Virus record (IMG/VR): IMGVR_UViG_3300012527_000004
Span: 1 to 25,251 of that record
Length of the DNA: 25,251 bases
From: a virus
Lineage: Duplodnaviria > Caudoviricetes
Reading direction: 5' to 3' (one strand)
Positions 17,182 to 24,536 of the stretch are shown piece after piece (the first letter of the stretch is position 1; every line of letters begins with the position of its first letter). The notes below the pieces were generated by a model. That model did no database searches. It was not told the origin of the DNA and was given only the letters and a program-made list of their open reading frames with translations. The position numbers were made by a program, and so were the translations under genes.

Positions 17182-18489
17182 CTAAACGGGCGGGGAAGAT
17201 GAGGGCGGTTCGCCTGCACCGGCGACGAGCGCCTGGTTGTTCTCGGGGTAGAAGAGCTCCGCGGCGTTACCGCCAATCGGCGGGAGCCCCAGCCGACCGC
17301 GAGCCTCGTCGCGAGTAATGACGCCCTTCTCGACGAGCATCCCCTGCGCGGCGGCTTCCTCAGACGGGTCACCCTTTAGCACCTGTGAGAGGTCGAAGCG
17401 GACGAACAACCCATCCCACTCCGGTTCGGGGTCGATGAGCTGCGCCTGCAACGTCTCCTCCCCCAACGTCAACCAGGGTGGCAGGACGCTCTTGTAGCGC
17501 TGCCGGTTGAGCTCCTCCACGTTATTGTAGGAGCCCTTCCCGAGGTCCCCGATCAACGGGGGCGCAACGTCGTAAGCGATGCAGAACTCCTCGCGGTTGA
17601 CGATCCGAGTCTCGATGAGGGCCGCCTCCTGCGCGGTGAAGCTCATCGGCTGGAACTCCGCGCCGCCCGTCAGCAGCGCGAGCCGGAAAGCGTTGTCGAC
17701 GCCGCGGTGCATCTTCTCGATGTCCGCGCGCATCTCCAACCGCTCCTCCGGGGTTGTCTGCACGTCCTTTGGGAGCGTGAGAGCGCCGGACGGACGCACA
17801 CCATTCACGAAACTCGCCTGCCCGTACCGACGCACGGAGTCCTCCAGCGCGACCGTGACCCCGAGGGCCTCGAGCGGAGACACGCCGATCCCACCGGACG
17901 GCGGCTGCCAGCACACGTGGATGATCGCGCTCGGGTCGAGCTCGTGGCCGAGCGGGTCGACCTGCCGCGACACCCACTTCTCCACCGGGAGCCCGCGGCG
18001 CGCGTACGCGTCCATCGCACGCCAGTCAAGCCGCAGCAACTCCGTGGGGGGGCGTTGATCCCCGTCCCCCCGGTACTTCGCTAGGACGGCGTTGCCGTGA
18101 ATGAGGACCGGCAGGAACAGCGACTGCTTGAGATCGAAGCCCGAGCAGCCCGGCGCCGGCCTCGCGAGCAGGCGCTGCAACGGATGACCGGCCGGGAGAG
18201 GCGTGTGCTCCCCGTACGGGTCGCCCTCATAGGCGCGCCACGGCAACCGTGACGCCTGCCGGACCAGCGTGTTGACCAGCGCGAACACGACGGGCTGCGA
18301 GCGGTAAATGTCCTCGAAGGACACGACGCGCGCGCCGGCTGCGTCATCCGCGAGGCGCACCTCGGGCTGCGTCGCGACCGACCCCCAGCCGTTCAGGAGC
18401 CCGATCTGGTTCAGCAGGCCGCCGCGCCTGTCGACGAGATTCGCGTTGAAGCCGGCGGCGAGCGCGAGAATACGGTCAGCGACGCTCAT
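17182..18489 (-). CDS. Portal protein, HK97 family
   Basis: HPLQRLLARP, LIHGNA, IIHV, GVSPLEAL, FVNGVRPSGAL, LTGGAEFQPMS, SYNNVEE, GVITRDEAR; ATG 18489 with GGAGGTG RBS and ATGA overlap. Confidence 0.96.
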   Translation of the reverse strand: MSVADRILALAAGFNANLVDRRGGLLNQIGLLNGWGSVATQPEVRLADDAAGARVVSFEDIYRSQPVVFALVNTLVRQASRLPWRAYEGDPYGEHTPLPAGHPLQRLLARPAPGCSGFDLKQSLFLPVLIHGNAVLAKYRGDGDQRPPTELLRLDWRAMDAYARRGLPVEKWVSRQVDPLGHELDPSAIIHVCWQPPSGGIGVSPLEALGVTVALEDSVRRYGQASFVNGVRPSGALTLPKDVQTTPEERLEMRADIEKMHRGVDNAFRLALLTGGAEFQPMSFTAQEAALIETRIVNREEFCIAYDVAPPLIGDLGKGSYNNVEELNRQRYKSVLPPWLTLGEETLQAQLIDPEPEWDGLFVRFDLSQVLKGDPSEEAAAQGMLVEKGVITRDEARGRLGLPPIGGNAAELFYPENNQALVAGAGEPPSSSPPV

Positions 18490-20033
18490 CCCCACACCTC
18501 CAATCCGGGCCGGTCGAAGACGGCCTCGGGCTCAGCGCGCAAGTCACCGACGGCGACAGAATGCGCGCCGCTGGCAGCGGAGAGCGCGTCGATAACGCGG
18601 ACGTCCTGCAAATCTGCTGCGGAGCGGGTGCTCACGGGACGGTCGAACCGGGACCTGCCATCAGGGAGGATCCGGGCGCGAGCGTTGAGGACGTGTTGAG
18701 TCAAGGTCGGGTCTCCGGGGTGCTGCAACGTGCCCTCGCGGAGCCCTTCCATCCACCGCTCAAACGCGAGGCACTGCGCGGCGTGACCATTGGAATGGAT
18801 GACGACGCGGCACCCGAGATTCTCCTCAGCCCACTCCGCCAGCACCTCCCCGCCGACGGCGCCGTCCACGACCAGGGCCTCGATCGGGTTGCGGGCATGC
18901 ACGCGCCGCAAAGCGTCGTGGATGAGCTGAGGGGACATGCTGCGCCCGTCCCGCGGCGGGACGAGCACCTCGGGCACACCGATCCGGCGATCCTCCAAGC
19001 CTGGGACCCACACCGGGACCACCGCCGTCGTATCCCACTTCCAACCCACGTCCAGGCCCGCATACACCGGCACGCCCTCAGGGATCGGATCATCCGATGC
19101 GGCCGCCGCCCACTCCGCTTCACCGACAGCGCTGAAATCACCGCGGACGACCTGGTTGCACACGAACCTGCGCCAGTGCGCGGCCGTCATCGCAGGGGAA
19201 GCACGCTTGCGGCCAAGCTCGGCCGCGGTGACCGTCGACAGCGGGTTCGCGCGCTTCACGACGCCCATGTCCTCCACATCCGCGTCAGCAGGCACCGACC
19301 AGTCGTGGATCACCGCGTCAGCCGAAGCCGCCCGCGTGTGGAAACCGTCGACCGTGACCTCAGCGGCCTCCGTGAGCATCCGCGCACGGACCTCCTCAAA
19401 CTCCGTGCCCGCCTCCCCGGCCGTCGAGATCCCCAGGAGCTGACCGCCGCGCTTACCGAGCTTCCCGCGCCACGTCCGATACAGCTTCAAATCACGATGA
19501 CGATGGATCTCATCCAGGATCCCGAGGCTCGGGATCGCGCCGTCGCCGGTCCGATCATCGGCGGCCTTCACCTGCAACAGCCCGCCGGTCGCGTGCGACA
19601 CGATCCGCCGGTACCCCTCGAACACCCGGAAACGCTTATCGAACCCGGGGCTCCGGGCGATCAGGCCGGCGGCCTGACTGAACAACGTCTCCGCCTGCTC
19701 ACGCGAAGCCGCCGCCACGAGACAGTTCGCTGACGGCGTGAAATCCGCGTGATACACCCCGATCGCAGACATGAGCGTCGTCTTCGCGCTCCCTTCCGGG
19801 ATCACCACCCAGCACTCCGAGACACCCGAGAAAATGTCCTCCACGATCTCCGCCTGGAAGCCCTCGAGCGTCCAATGCTCCCCGTTGTCGAGGATCATCA
19901 GGCCCACGTAGGCCCGGAAGTGATCGACCGTGAACGGCCGAAGCGGCTTGTGCGCTGTCCTACCCGGCCTCGCGGCGGCGCGCGAGCTCGTCGAGCGCGG
20001 AGAACGGATCTGCGGGCTGATCTGACTGCTCAC
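18486..20033 (-). CDS. terL: Terminase large subunit
   Basis: Walker A-like IPEGSAKTT, AAASREQA, Walker B ILDEIH, ISTAG coupling motif, KRANP, nuclease GLDVGWKWDTTA and IDAL. Start codon uncertain. Confidence 0.95.
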   Translation of the reverse strand: MSSQISPQIRSPRSTSSRAAARPGRTAHKPLRPFTVDHFRAYVGLMILDNGEHWTLEGFQAEIVEDIFSGVSECWVVIPEGSAKTTLMSAIGVYHADFTPSANCLVAAASREQAETLFSQAAGLIARSPGFDKRFRVFEGYRRIVSHATGGLLQVKAADDRTGDGAIPSLGILDEIHRHRDLKLYRTWRGKLGKRGGQLLGISTAGEAGTEFEEVRARMLTEAAEVTVDGFHTRAASADAVIHDWSVPADADVEDMGVVKRANPLSTVTAAELGRKRASPAMTAAHWRRFVCNQVVRGDFSAVGEAEWAAAASDDPIPEGVPVYAGLDVGWKWDTTAVVPVWVPGLEDRRIGVPEVLVPPRDGRSMSPQLIHDALRRVHARNPIEALVVDGAVGGEVLAEWAEENLGCRVVIHSNGHAAQCLAFERWMEGLREGTLQHPGDPTLTQHVLNARARILPDGRSRFDRPVSTRSAADLQDVRVIDALSAASGAHSVAVGDLRAEPEAVFDRPGLEVWG

Positions 20034-20379
20034 CGATACCCACCGCCTTCCGACCCCTCGGGGTCAACGCCAACTGATCCGCGAGCGCCGAAGCGCGCTT
20101 CGCGTGGCGATCCCACGCCACCGGCAACCCGCCCGCGATCTTCGCCAACATCACGAAATCCACATCCTCCGACGCGCGGTCCGCCAGGCGTTCCAGCCAA
20201 GCGAAACCCTCACGCGCATCCCGCGCAGCCATCAGCGCGTACACATACTCAGCCAAGAGCGGCGCCAACTCCCACGCCCACGACTCCTGAGCCTGCAACG
20301 TCTTGAGCGCGTGCCGCCAGATGCCCAGATGGTGCGCGTCTAGGCCCTTCGGGGGGCGCTCAGCAGTCGGGACAGCCAT
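19960..20379 (-). CDS. terS: Terminase small subunit (P27-like)
   Basis: PPKGLD...IWR, LLAEYV, LADQLALTPRGR; AGGAGG RBS; directly upstream of TerL. Confidence 0.85.
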   Translation of the reverse strand: MAVPTAERPPKGLDAHHLGIWRHALKTLQAQESWAWELAPLLAEYVYALMAARDAREGFAWLERLADRASEDVDFVMLAKIAGGLPVAWDRHAKRASALADQLALTPRGRKAVGIGEQSDQPADPFSALDELARRREAG

Positions 20380-20507
20380 TCGGCCCTCCTAACGGGCGCG
20401 CGGGGAAGGCAAGGCCAAAAAAGACTCAGTCCGATTTATTCGCGGCGAGCCCCCTTGCGCACGGGCTCACCCCAGCGGTCGCCTTGATGGCGATGGCCCC
20501 CTGGGGG
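20380..20507. other. Candidate cos / packaging initiation region
   Basis: Non-coding gap between packaging HNH and terS with dyads GAGCCC-N10-GGGCTC (20447..20468), TCGCC-N5-GGCGA (20479..20493), CCCCC-T-GGGGG (20497..20507) and A/T tracts. Confidence 0.6.
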
Positions 20508-20819
20508 TCAGCGTGCGCCTTTGGCCGCGTTGCATGAGACGCACGCGGCCTGCGTGTTGCTCAAGGCGTTGCTGCCGCCTCTGGCCACGGGCACGATGTG
20601 GTCGATGGTGGTGGCGGGCGCTCCGTCGCAGTGGGTGCGGATCGCGCACGCGGGATTGCCGGCTAGCACGGTGGCGCGGTTGCGTCGGTACTCCGTGTCT
20701 TGCGCCTGTGTGGTGGGGCTACGGTTGATGCGGCCTCGTGGCTCGTGCGTGGGGCAGTGGCGGGTGCGCGGTGTGCGTGGTGTGTACGCGGCGCCGCATG
20801 TCTGGCAGGCGCGGAGCAC
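20508..20819 (-). CDS. Terminase-associated HNH endonuclease (HK97 gp74-like)
   Basis: CQTC...CPTH, ATTIDHIVPVARGGSNALSNTQAACVSCNAAKG; directly upstream of terS. Confidence 0.92.
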   Translation of the reverse strand: MLRACQTCGAAYTPRTPRTRHCPTHEPRGRINRSPTTQAQDTEYRRNRATVLAGNPACAIRTHCDGAPATTIDHIVPVARGGSNALSNTQAACVSCNAAKGAR

Positions 20820-20823
20820 TGCC

Positions 20824-20913
20824 TCAGATCCTGTTGATGACGGCGAACGTGAGGACGATCAGGATGACGATGACCAGGATCGTGATCAACAGATTCAAGG
20901 GATCGCGGTTCAT
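20824..20913 (-). CDS. 29-aa single-pass membrane peptide
   Basis: MNRDPLNLLITILVIVILIVLTFAVINRI; ATG overlaps the HNH stop (ATGA); start codons duplicated at 21461..21481. Confidence 0.75.
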   Translation of the reverse strand: MNRDPLNLLITILVIVILIVLTFAVINRI

Positions 20914-21455
20914 AGCTTCTTCCTTGCGTATGCACGGCGGGCGTATTCGCGGCGGCACTTGCGGCATTGCCGGTGGCCGAGCGTAGTGCGGGTTACGTTC
21001 TCGTCGGTTAGGTCGTGGCCGTGCTTGCACTGTGTGATCTGAGATGTGTGGGTCTGGCGGTGATCGGCAACGGCCATTGGCTGGAGATGGTCGGGGTTGA
21101 CGCAGCGGGTGTTGCCGCAGAGATGGTGTAGGTGCTCGCCGGCGTTGTTCCCGGTGAGGGTTTCGTACACCGTGCGGTGGGCTCGGCGGCGTTTGTGTAC
21201 GCCATATCCGAATGACGTTGCTCCGGTCCAGCGCCAGCAACCGTCGTCGTCGAAGGAGATCTTGCATTCGAGCTGCTGAACCAGCGTTCCACGGCTGACT
21301 TTCGCATGATGCCCGTTGATGAAACGTCGCGGCTGACCTTGTACCCAGCCTCTGCTGTTGTTGGTTTTCGTGGCCAGGGCAGTGGCCTCTCCGCAGCCGC
21401 AGGCGCACAGGCCGGGTACGGGAGTGGGCATCAGTGGGTTTTGCGCTAGAACCAT
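20910..21455 (-). CDS. Free-standing HNH (homing-type) endonuclease with N-terminal CxCGCG module and C-terminal CxxGH...CxxC motif
   Basis: GCWRWTGA...GYG...AHRTVYE...LHHLCGNTRCVNPDHL; CKHGHDLTDEN...RQCRKC. Confidence 0.92.
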   Translation of the reverse strand: MVLAQNPLMPTPVPGLCACGCGEATALATKTNNSRGWVQGQPRRFINGHHAKVSRGTLVQQLECKISFDDDGCWRWTGATSFGYGVHKRRRAHRTVYETLTGNNAGEHLHHLCGNTRCVNPDHLQPMAVADHRQTHTSQITQCKHGHDLTDENVTRTTLGHRQCRKCRREYARRAYARKKL

Positions 21456-21481
21456 GCAGCGTTGAGGGGGTCGCGGTTCAT
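21446..21481 (-). pseudogene. Truncated original 5' end of the 29-aa peptide gene (mini-ORF MNRDPLNAAWF)
   Basis: ACAGGAG RBS then ATG AAC CGC GAC CCC CTC AAC GCT GCA TGG TTC TAG; overlaps the HNH ATG at 21455. Confidence 0.75.
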
Positions 21482-21497
21482 GGTGTCTCCTGTCGGG

Positions 21498-21740
21498 TTA
21501 GGCGGCGCGGGTCTGCTGGTCAACGCTGTCCTTGTCGAGTTGGCTGATGCGCCGGCGGATCAGGGCGTGTGTGTCGGGGATGGGCAGGGTGCCGTCGTGT
21601 GCTGCATCTAGGAGCCGACGCAGGACACGGGCGTCCGTGCGGGGTAGGCGTGCTGCGAGACGGGAGCCGTCGCGTTCCAGGGCGTTGAGTGCCTGGTGGC
21701 GGCGGCGTGCCTGGTGGTCTGTGATGTCGGCGGGGTGCAT
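21498..21740 (-). CDS. Hypothetical helical protein (80 aa)
   Basis: MHPADITDHQARRRHQ...; ATG 21740 has a GGGGA SD-like sequence. The ORF is open back to 21860, so the start is uncertain. Confidence 0.6.
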   Translation of the reverse strand: MHPADITDHQARRRHQALNALERDGSRLAARLPRTDARVLRRLLDAAHDGTLPIPDTHALIRRRISQLDKDSVDQQTRAA

Positions 21741-21750
21741 GCGCACGGTC

Positions 21751-21836
21751 CCCGTGCTTGTGGGGTCCGGCGGGTCATGCGTGCCTTGGAGTCGGGCGCC
21801 GATGTGTACTGCGGTCGGCGGAACCTCCAGCACGGG
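21751..21836 (-). ncRNA. Candidate structured leader RNA
   Basis: Nested stems CCCGTGCT/AGCACGGG, GGAG/CTCC and CGCCGA/TCGGCG; a TACACT -10-like hexamer at 21846..21851 just upstream. Confidence 0.4.
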
Positions 21837-21868
21837 TACGGGCTCAGTGTATAGCACCACGATGACGA

Positions 21869-22429
21869 CTATGCCGCCTTGGCGAAAAGCCCTGCGCGAT
21901 TAGCCATGTTCTCCTTTGCCGTGACAATCCTGAGATTGGCCTTCCGATTGTCGTGCGTGTCGCGATTGATGTGGTCGGTGTGCATGCCGCTGGCACGATC
22001 AACGTGCACACCAAGGACGAGATGGTGGAGGTAAGCCTGCTTGCCGTCGATGCTGGCTGAGATGTAGTCCTTGCCGGTTGGGTGGAAGCGTAGATTCTGG
22101 AGACGGTCCCAGTCGTCGATGTCCACGCGTGCGAAGTCGACGACACATCGGTGAAACCAGGCAGGCAGCAAGCCGGGAATGCTCGGAGCGTCTTCCCATT
22201 TAGCGCCTACTAAGTATCGCTCGGCGTTTGCCCGATCCCAGGCCCGTTTGCGCGCCTTGCGCTTGGGGTCGGCGTTCGACTTCGCCGCCGCCTGACGCGC
22301 TTTCTCTGGGTTGCACGCCTTCCAGATGCCAGCAGCGGTCCTTCCCAGTCTCCGCCCGATCTCTGCGTACGAAAGGCCGGTGGCTCGTAGCGCCTGCGCT
22401 TCGGCATGCCAGTTAGGCTTGCTCTGCAT
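21869..22429 (-). CDS. HNH endonuclease with N-terminal helix-turn-helix
   Basis: LRATGLSYAEIGRRLGRTAAGIWK (HTH); ARVDIDDW, YLHHLVLG, TDHINRDTHDNRKANLRIVTAKEN (HNH_3-type). Confidence 0.92.
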   Translation of the reverse strand: MQSKPNWHAEAQALRATGLSYAEIGRRLGRTAAGIWKACNPEKARQAAAKSNADPKRKARKRAWDRANAERYLVGAKWEDAPSIPGLLPAWFHRCVVDFARVDIDDWDRLQNLRFHPTGKDYISASIDGKQAYLHHLVLGVHVDRASGMHTDHINRDTHDNRKANLRIVTAKENMANRAGLFAKAA

Positions 22430-22437
22430 CGAAGTTC

Positions 22438-22506
22438 ACTCCTTCGGTGTCGCGGCCCGGGTGTTAACGCACGCCGGGCCAACTTTGTTTGTAGATCATT
22501 CTACCA
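22438..22506 (-). promoter_or_regulatory. Extended -10 promoter, hairpin and RBS for the HNH gene
   Basis: TGGTAGAAT (22506..22498), stem GGCCCGG/CCGGGCC (22454..22480), GAAGGAGT (22445..22438). Confidence 0.65.
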
Positions 22507-22511
22507 TCGCT

Positions 22512-22904
22512 TCATGCGGCCCGGCGGCGTTTGTAGCTCTGTGTTTGTTGGTGGCGGTCCTGGGCGTCCTGTGCCCATCTCGGATGCAGTTTGTCGGGGT
22601 CTTGGTACTGGTCCTCGTCGCGGACGCTGAGTTCTAGGCGGGTGGTGAGGCCGTCGCGTTCGCGGAGGTAGACCGGCATGTCTGGGACGTGGACTGGTGC
22701 GTTCAGGGCTGCGTGGCCGGCCTTCACGGTAAGCAGGGTTTCGGCGTGCTTCACCGCGTAGCCGAGGGCTACGAGTTTGGCAGCCATGAGCTTGGTTACG
22801 TGTTTGTCGGGTGCGTTTTTGCCGGTGCCGATGTGTGCGCCGCCTTTGCGGCTGGCGTATCGGAGTGCTTGCCGCTGGCCGGGTGTGAGCGGTGCCGGGG
22901 TCAT
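22512..22904 (-). CDS. Hypothetical protein (possible winged-helix N-terminus)
   Basis: Start moved to ATG 22904 (CAGGAGG RBS, ATGA overlap); LTPGQRQAL...KLVALGYAV...LTVKAGHAAL. Confidence 0.7.
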   Translation of the reverse strand: MTPAPLTPGQRQALRYASRKGGAHIGTGKNAPDKHVTKLMAAKLVALGYAVKHAETLLTVKAGHAALNAPVHVPDMPVYLRERDGLTTRLELSVRDEDQYQDPDKLHPRWAQDAQDRHQQTQSYKRRRAA

Positions 22905-23233
22905 GCTGCTGCCTCCTGTCGCTGCGTTGCTGTGTGTGCGCGTGTTTCGGCTAGGTAGGCGCGGACGTCTGCCATGTGATGCAACGCAAGCCACGGCTCG
23001 TCCGGGTGTGCGCCGGGTGTTTGTACGCATGGGCGGGTCATGGTGCGGGTGGTGTAGTTGCCGCCGTTGCGGTGCAGTTTTAGGCCGTCGATGATGGGGC
23101 TGGGCTGGTGGGGGTCCCATGCACTAACGGGGACGGCAGCGACTTTGACGGGGGTGCCGGTGGGGAGCCGGGCGAGCAGGCGGCTGGTGTCCGGTAGATC
23201 CATGTGACGGACACGGTGTGTGGTGATGCTCAT
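22901..23233 (-). CDS. Hypothetical protein
   Basis: Start moved to ATG 23233 (CAGGAGG RBS, ATGA overlap); MSITTHRVRH... Confidence 0.65.
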   Translation of the reverse strand: MSITTHRVRHMDLPDTSRLLARLPTGTPVKVAAVPVSAWDPHQPSPIIDGLKLHRNGGNYTTRTMTRPCVQTPGAHPDEPWLALHHMADVRAYLAETRAHTATQRQEAAA

Positions 23234-23946
23234 ACAGCTGCCTCCTGCCATAGCGGTACGGGGATTGGTGACGTCTTCCAGCGGGGGTGGCACTGGCGCG
23301 CGTCAATGCGTGCTGCCATCGCAGCCGCGCTTTTAGGTGGCCGCCCGGAGTTTGTGCCGGCGTGGTTGCGAGCGACGTCGGTGGAGTCTGCGGATGCGAA
23401 CGGGTAGCCAGACCCGGAGTACCTCAGGCCACGAAGCATGTGCAGCCACACCGGGACCGGGCCGTTGCCGCACAGGGCGTCCATCGCTTCGTGCATCCTG
23501 CGTTCCCACGCCGGAGAGCCGACCGTGGAGTACGTGCCAGATGAGCCGACACACACCCTGGGCCACTCCTGAGCGAGCCTTAGTAGCCGGTCGACGGGCT
23601 CGTGCATATGCCACACCGGGGCACCCTTCTCGCCGTGCGGCCACTCAGCGAGGAGCGCGTCCTGGACTTCTGCGGGCGCGTCAATGACGTCCGGGATGAC
23701 CGCCCACGTTGTCGGGTATTCAAGCCACGGTTCGACCCACCGGTAGTAGCTCGGCCAGTCGACGGTGCGGCCTTTTGTCCATGCGGAGAACGCTCCGTTG
23801 TCGAGCATCACGTTTTCGCCGATCTCGTGGCAGATCTCTAGGTCACGCGGTTCGGGGTGCGGGACACAGAACGAACGGCCCGCCAACGAGTGAAGGACCG
23901 AGCGGGGGGTGATCGGGGTGCCGTGGAAGTGCTGGATCGCTCTCAC
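23230..23946 (-). CDS. TGT-fold base-exchange enzyme, DpdA-like (putative 7-deazaguanine DNA insertase)
   Basis: MLDNGAFS, IPDVI, PVWH, VCVGSS, LHMLRG, SADST follow the order of TGT/DpdA barrel motifs; no CxCxxC zinc site; GTG 23946 overlaps the transporter stop. Confidence 0.8.
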   Translation of the reverse strand: MRAIQHFHGTPITPRSVLHSLAGRSFCVPHPEPRDLEICHEIGENVMLDNGAFSAWTKGRTVDWPSYYRWVEPWLEYPTTWAVIPDVIDAPAEVQDALLAEWPHGEKGAPVWHMHEPVDRLLRLAQEWPRVCVGSSGTYSTVGSPAWERRMHEAMDALCGNGPVPVWLHMLRGLRYSGSGYPFASADSTDVARNHAGTNSGRPPKSAAAMAARIDARQCHPRWKTSPIPVPLWQEAAV

Positions 23947-24536
23947 CCCCACGTCTCGTGGTTGCGGGCGGTCCACTTCTCAGCCGGTGTTGGCTCCCGC
24001 CGCAGGATGCGCTGCAAGATCAGGACGAACACGACACCGCCGGCGACCTTTGCAGTGAACTGGCCGAACGCGACGATGAACGGAAAGCCGACACCGGCAC
24101 AGAACACCGCGGAGTCGACGGCAGCCCCGGCGATGTTCGATGCGTTAGATCGTTCAGACCACGGCAGACGACGCAACGCGTGGTAGACGATGCCGTCTGT
24201 TGTCATGGCGGCTGCGAACGCGATGGCTGACCATTTCGCGATGAGGGCGCTGTCGGGGTTCGCGAGATACGACAGCAGCGAACCCGTGGCGATGAGCGCA
24301 CCGAGGACGAGTAGGCGTGTGCGTCCCGCATACCAGTCGTGCAGCACGTCGCGAATCACGAGGTCCAGGGCGACAAGGCCAAACGCGGTGTACACGCTGG
24401 CTTCGGGGTGCCCGATCTTGGCGTAGTGCGTGACGGTTAGGTTTGCGGCGACGATCGCTGCGAGGTACAGGGTCATCAGTCCGATGGTGGTTTGGCGGCG
24501 CATACGGGGTCCGTTCGTCGTGTTGGTGATGCTCAT
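23943..24536 (-). CDS. VUT family (YhhQ-like) queuosine-precursor transporter
   Basis: LYLAAIVAAN, DLVIRDVLHD, SAIAF...DGIVY, RSNASNIAGAAVDSAVF, GQFTAK; about 6 TM segments; start moved to ATG 24536. Confidence 0.88.
   Translation of the reverse strand: MSITNTTNGPRMRRQTTIGLMTLYLAAIVAANLTVTHYAKIGHPEASVYTAFGLVALDLVIRDVLHDWYAGRTRLLVLGALIATGSLLSYLANPDSALIAKWSAIAFAAAMTTDGIVYHALRRLPWSERSNASNIAGAAVDSAVFCAGVGFPFIVAFGQFTAKVAGGVVFVLILQRILRREPTPAEKWTARNHETWG

Noticed and set aside
20910-21460. Group I intron or intein explanation for the HNH insertion
   Set aside because: The HNH ORF fills the insert, leaving no room for a ribozyme core; it is not an in-frame fusion; the duplicated start makes splicing unnecessary.
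21787-21830. GAGGTTC in the candidate leader resembles the start of a class I preQ1 riboswitch, tempting given the nearby transporter
   Set aside because: No A-rich 3' tail or compact pseudoknot pattern, and it lies downstream of the transporter/DpdA genes.
21860-22520. Recoded target duplication around the second HNH
   Set aside because: Both it and the upstream gene end Ala-Ala-stop followed by a -10-like hexamer, but I see no convincing longer repeat.
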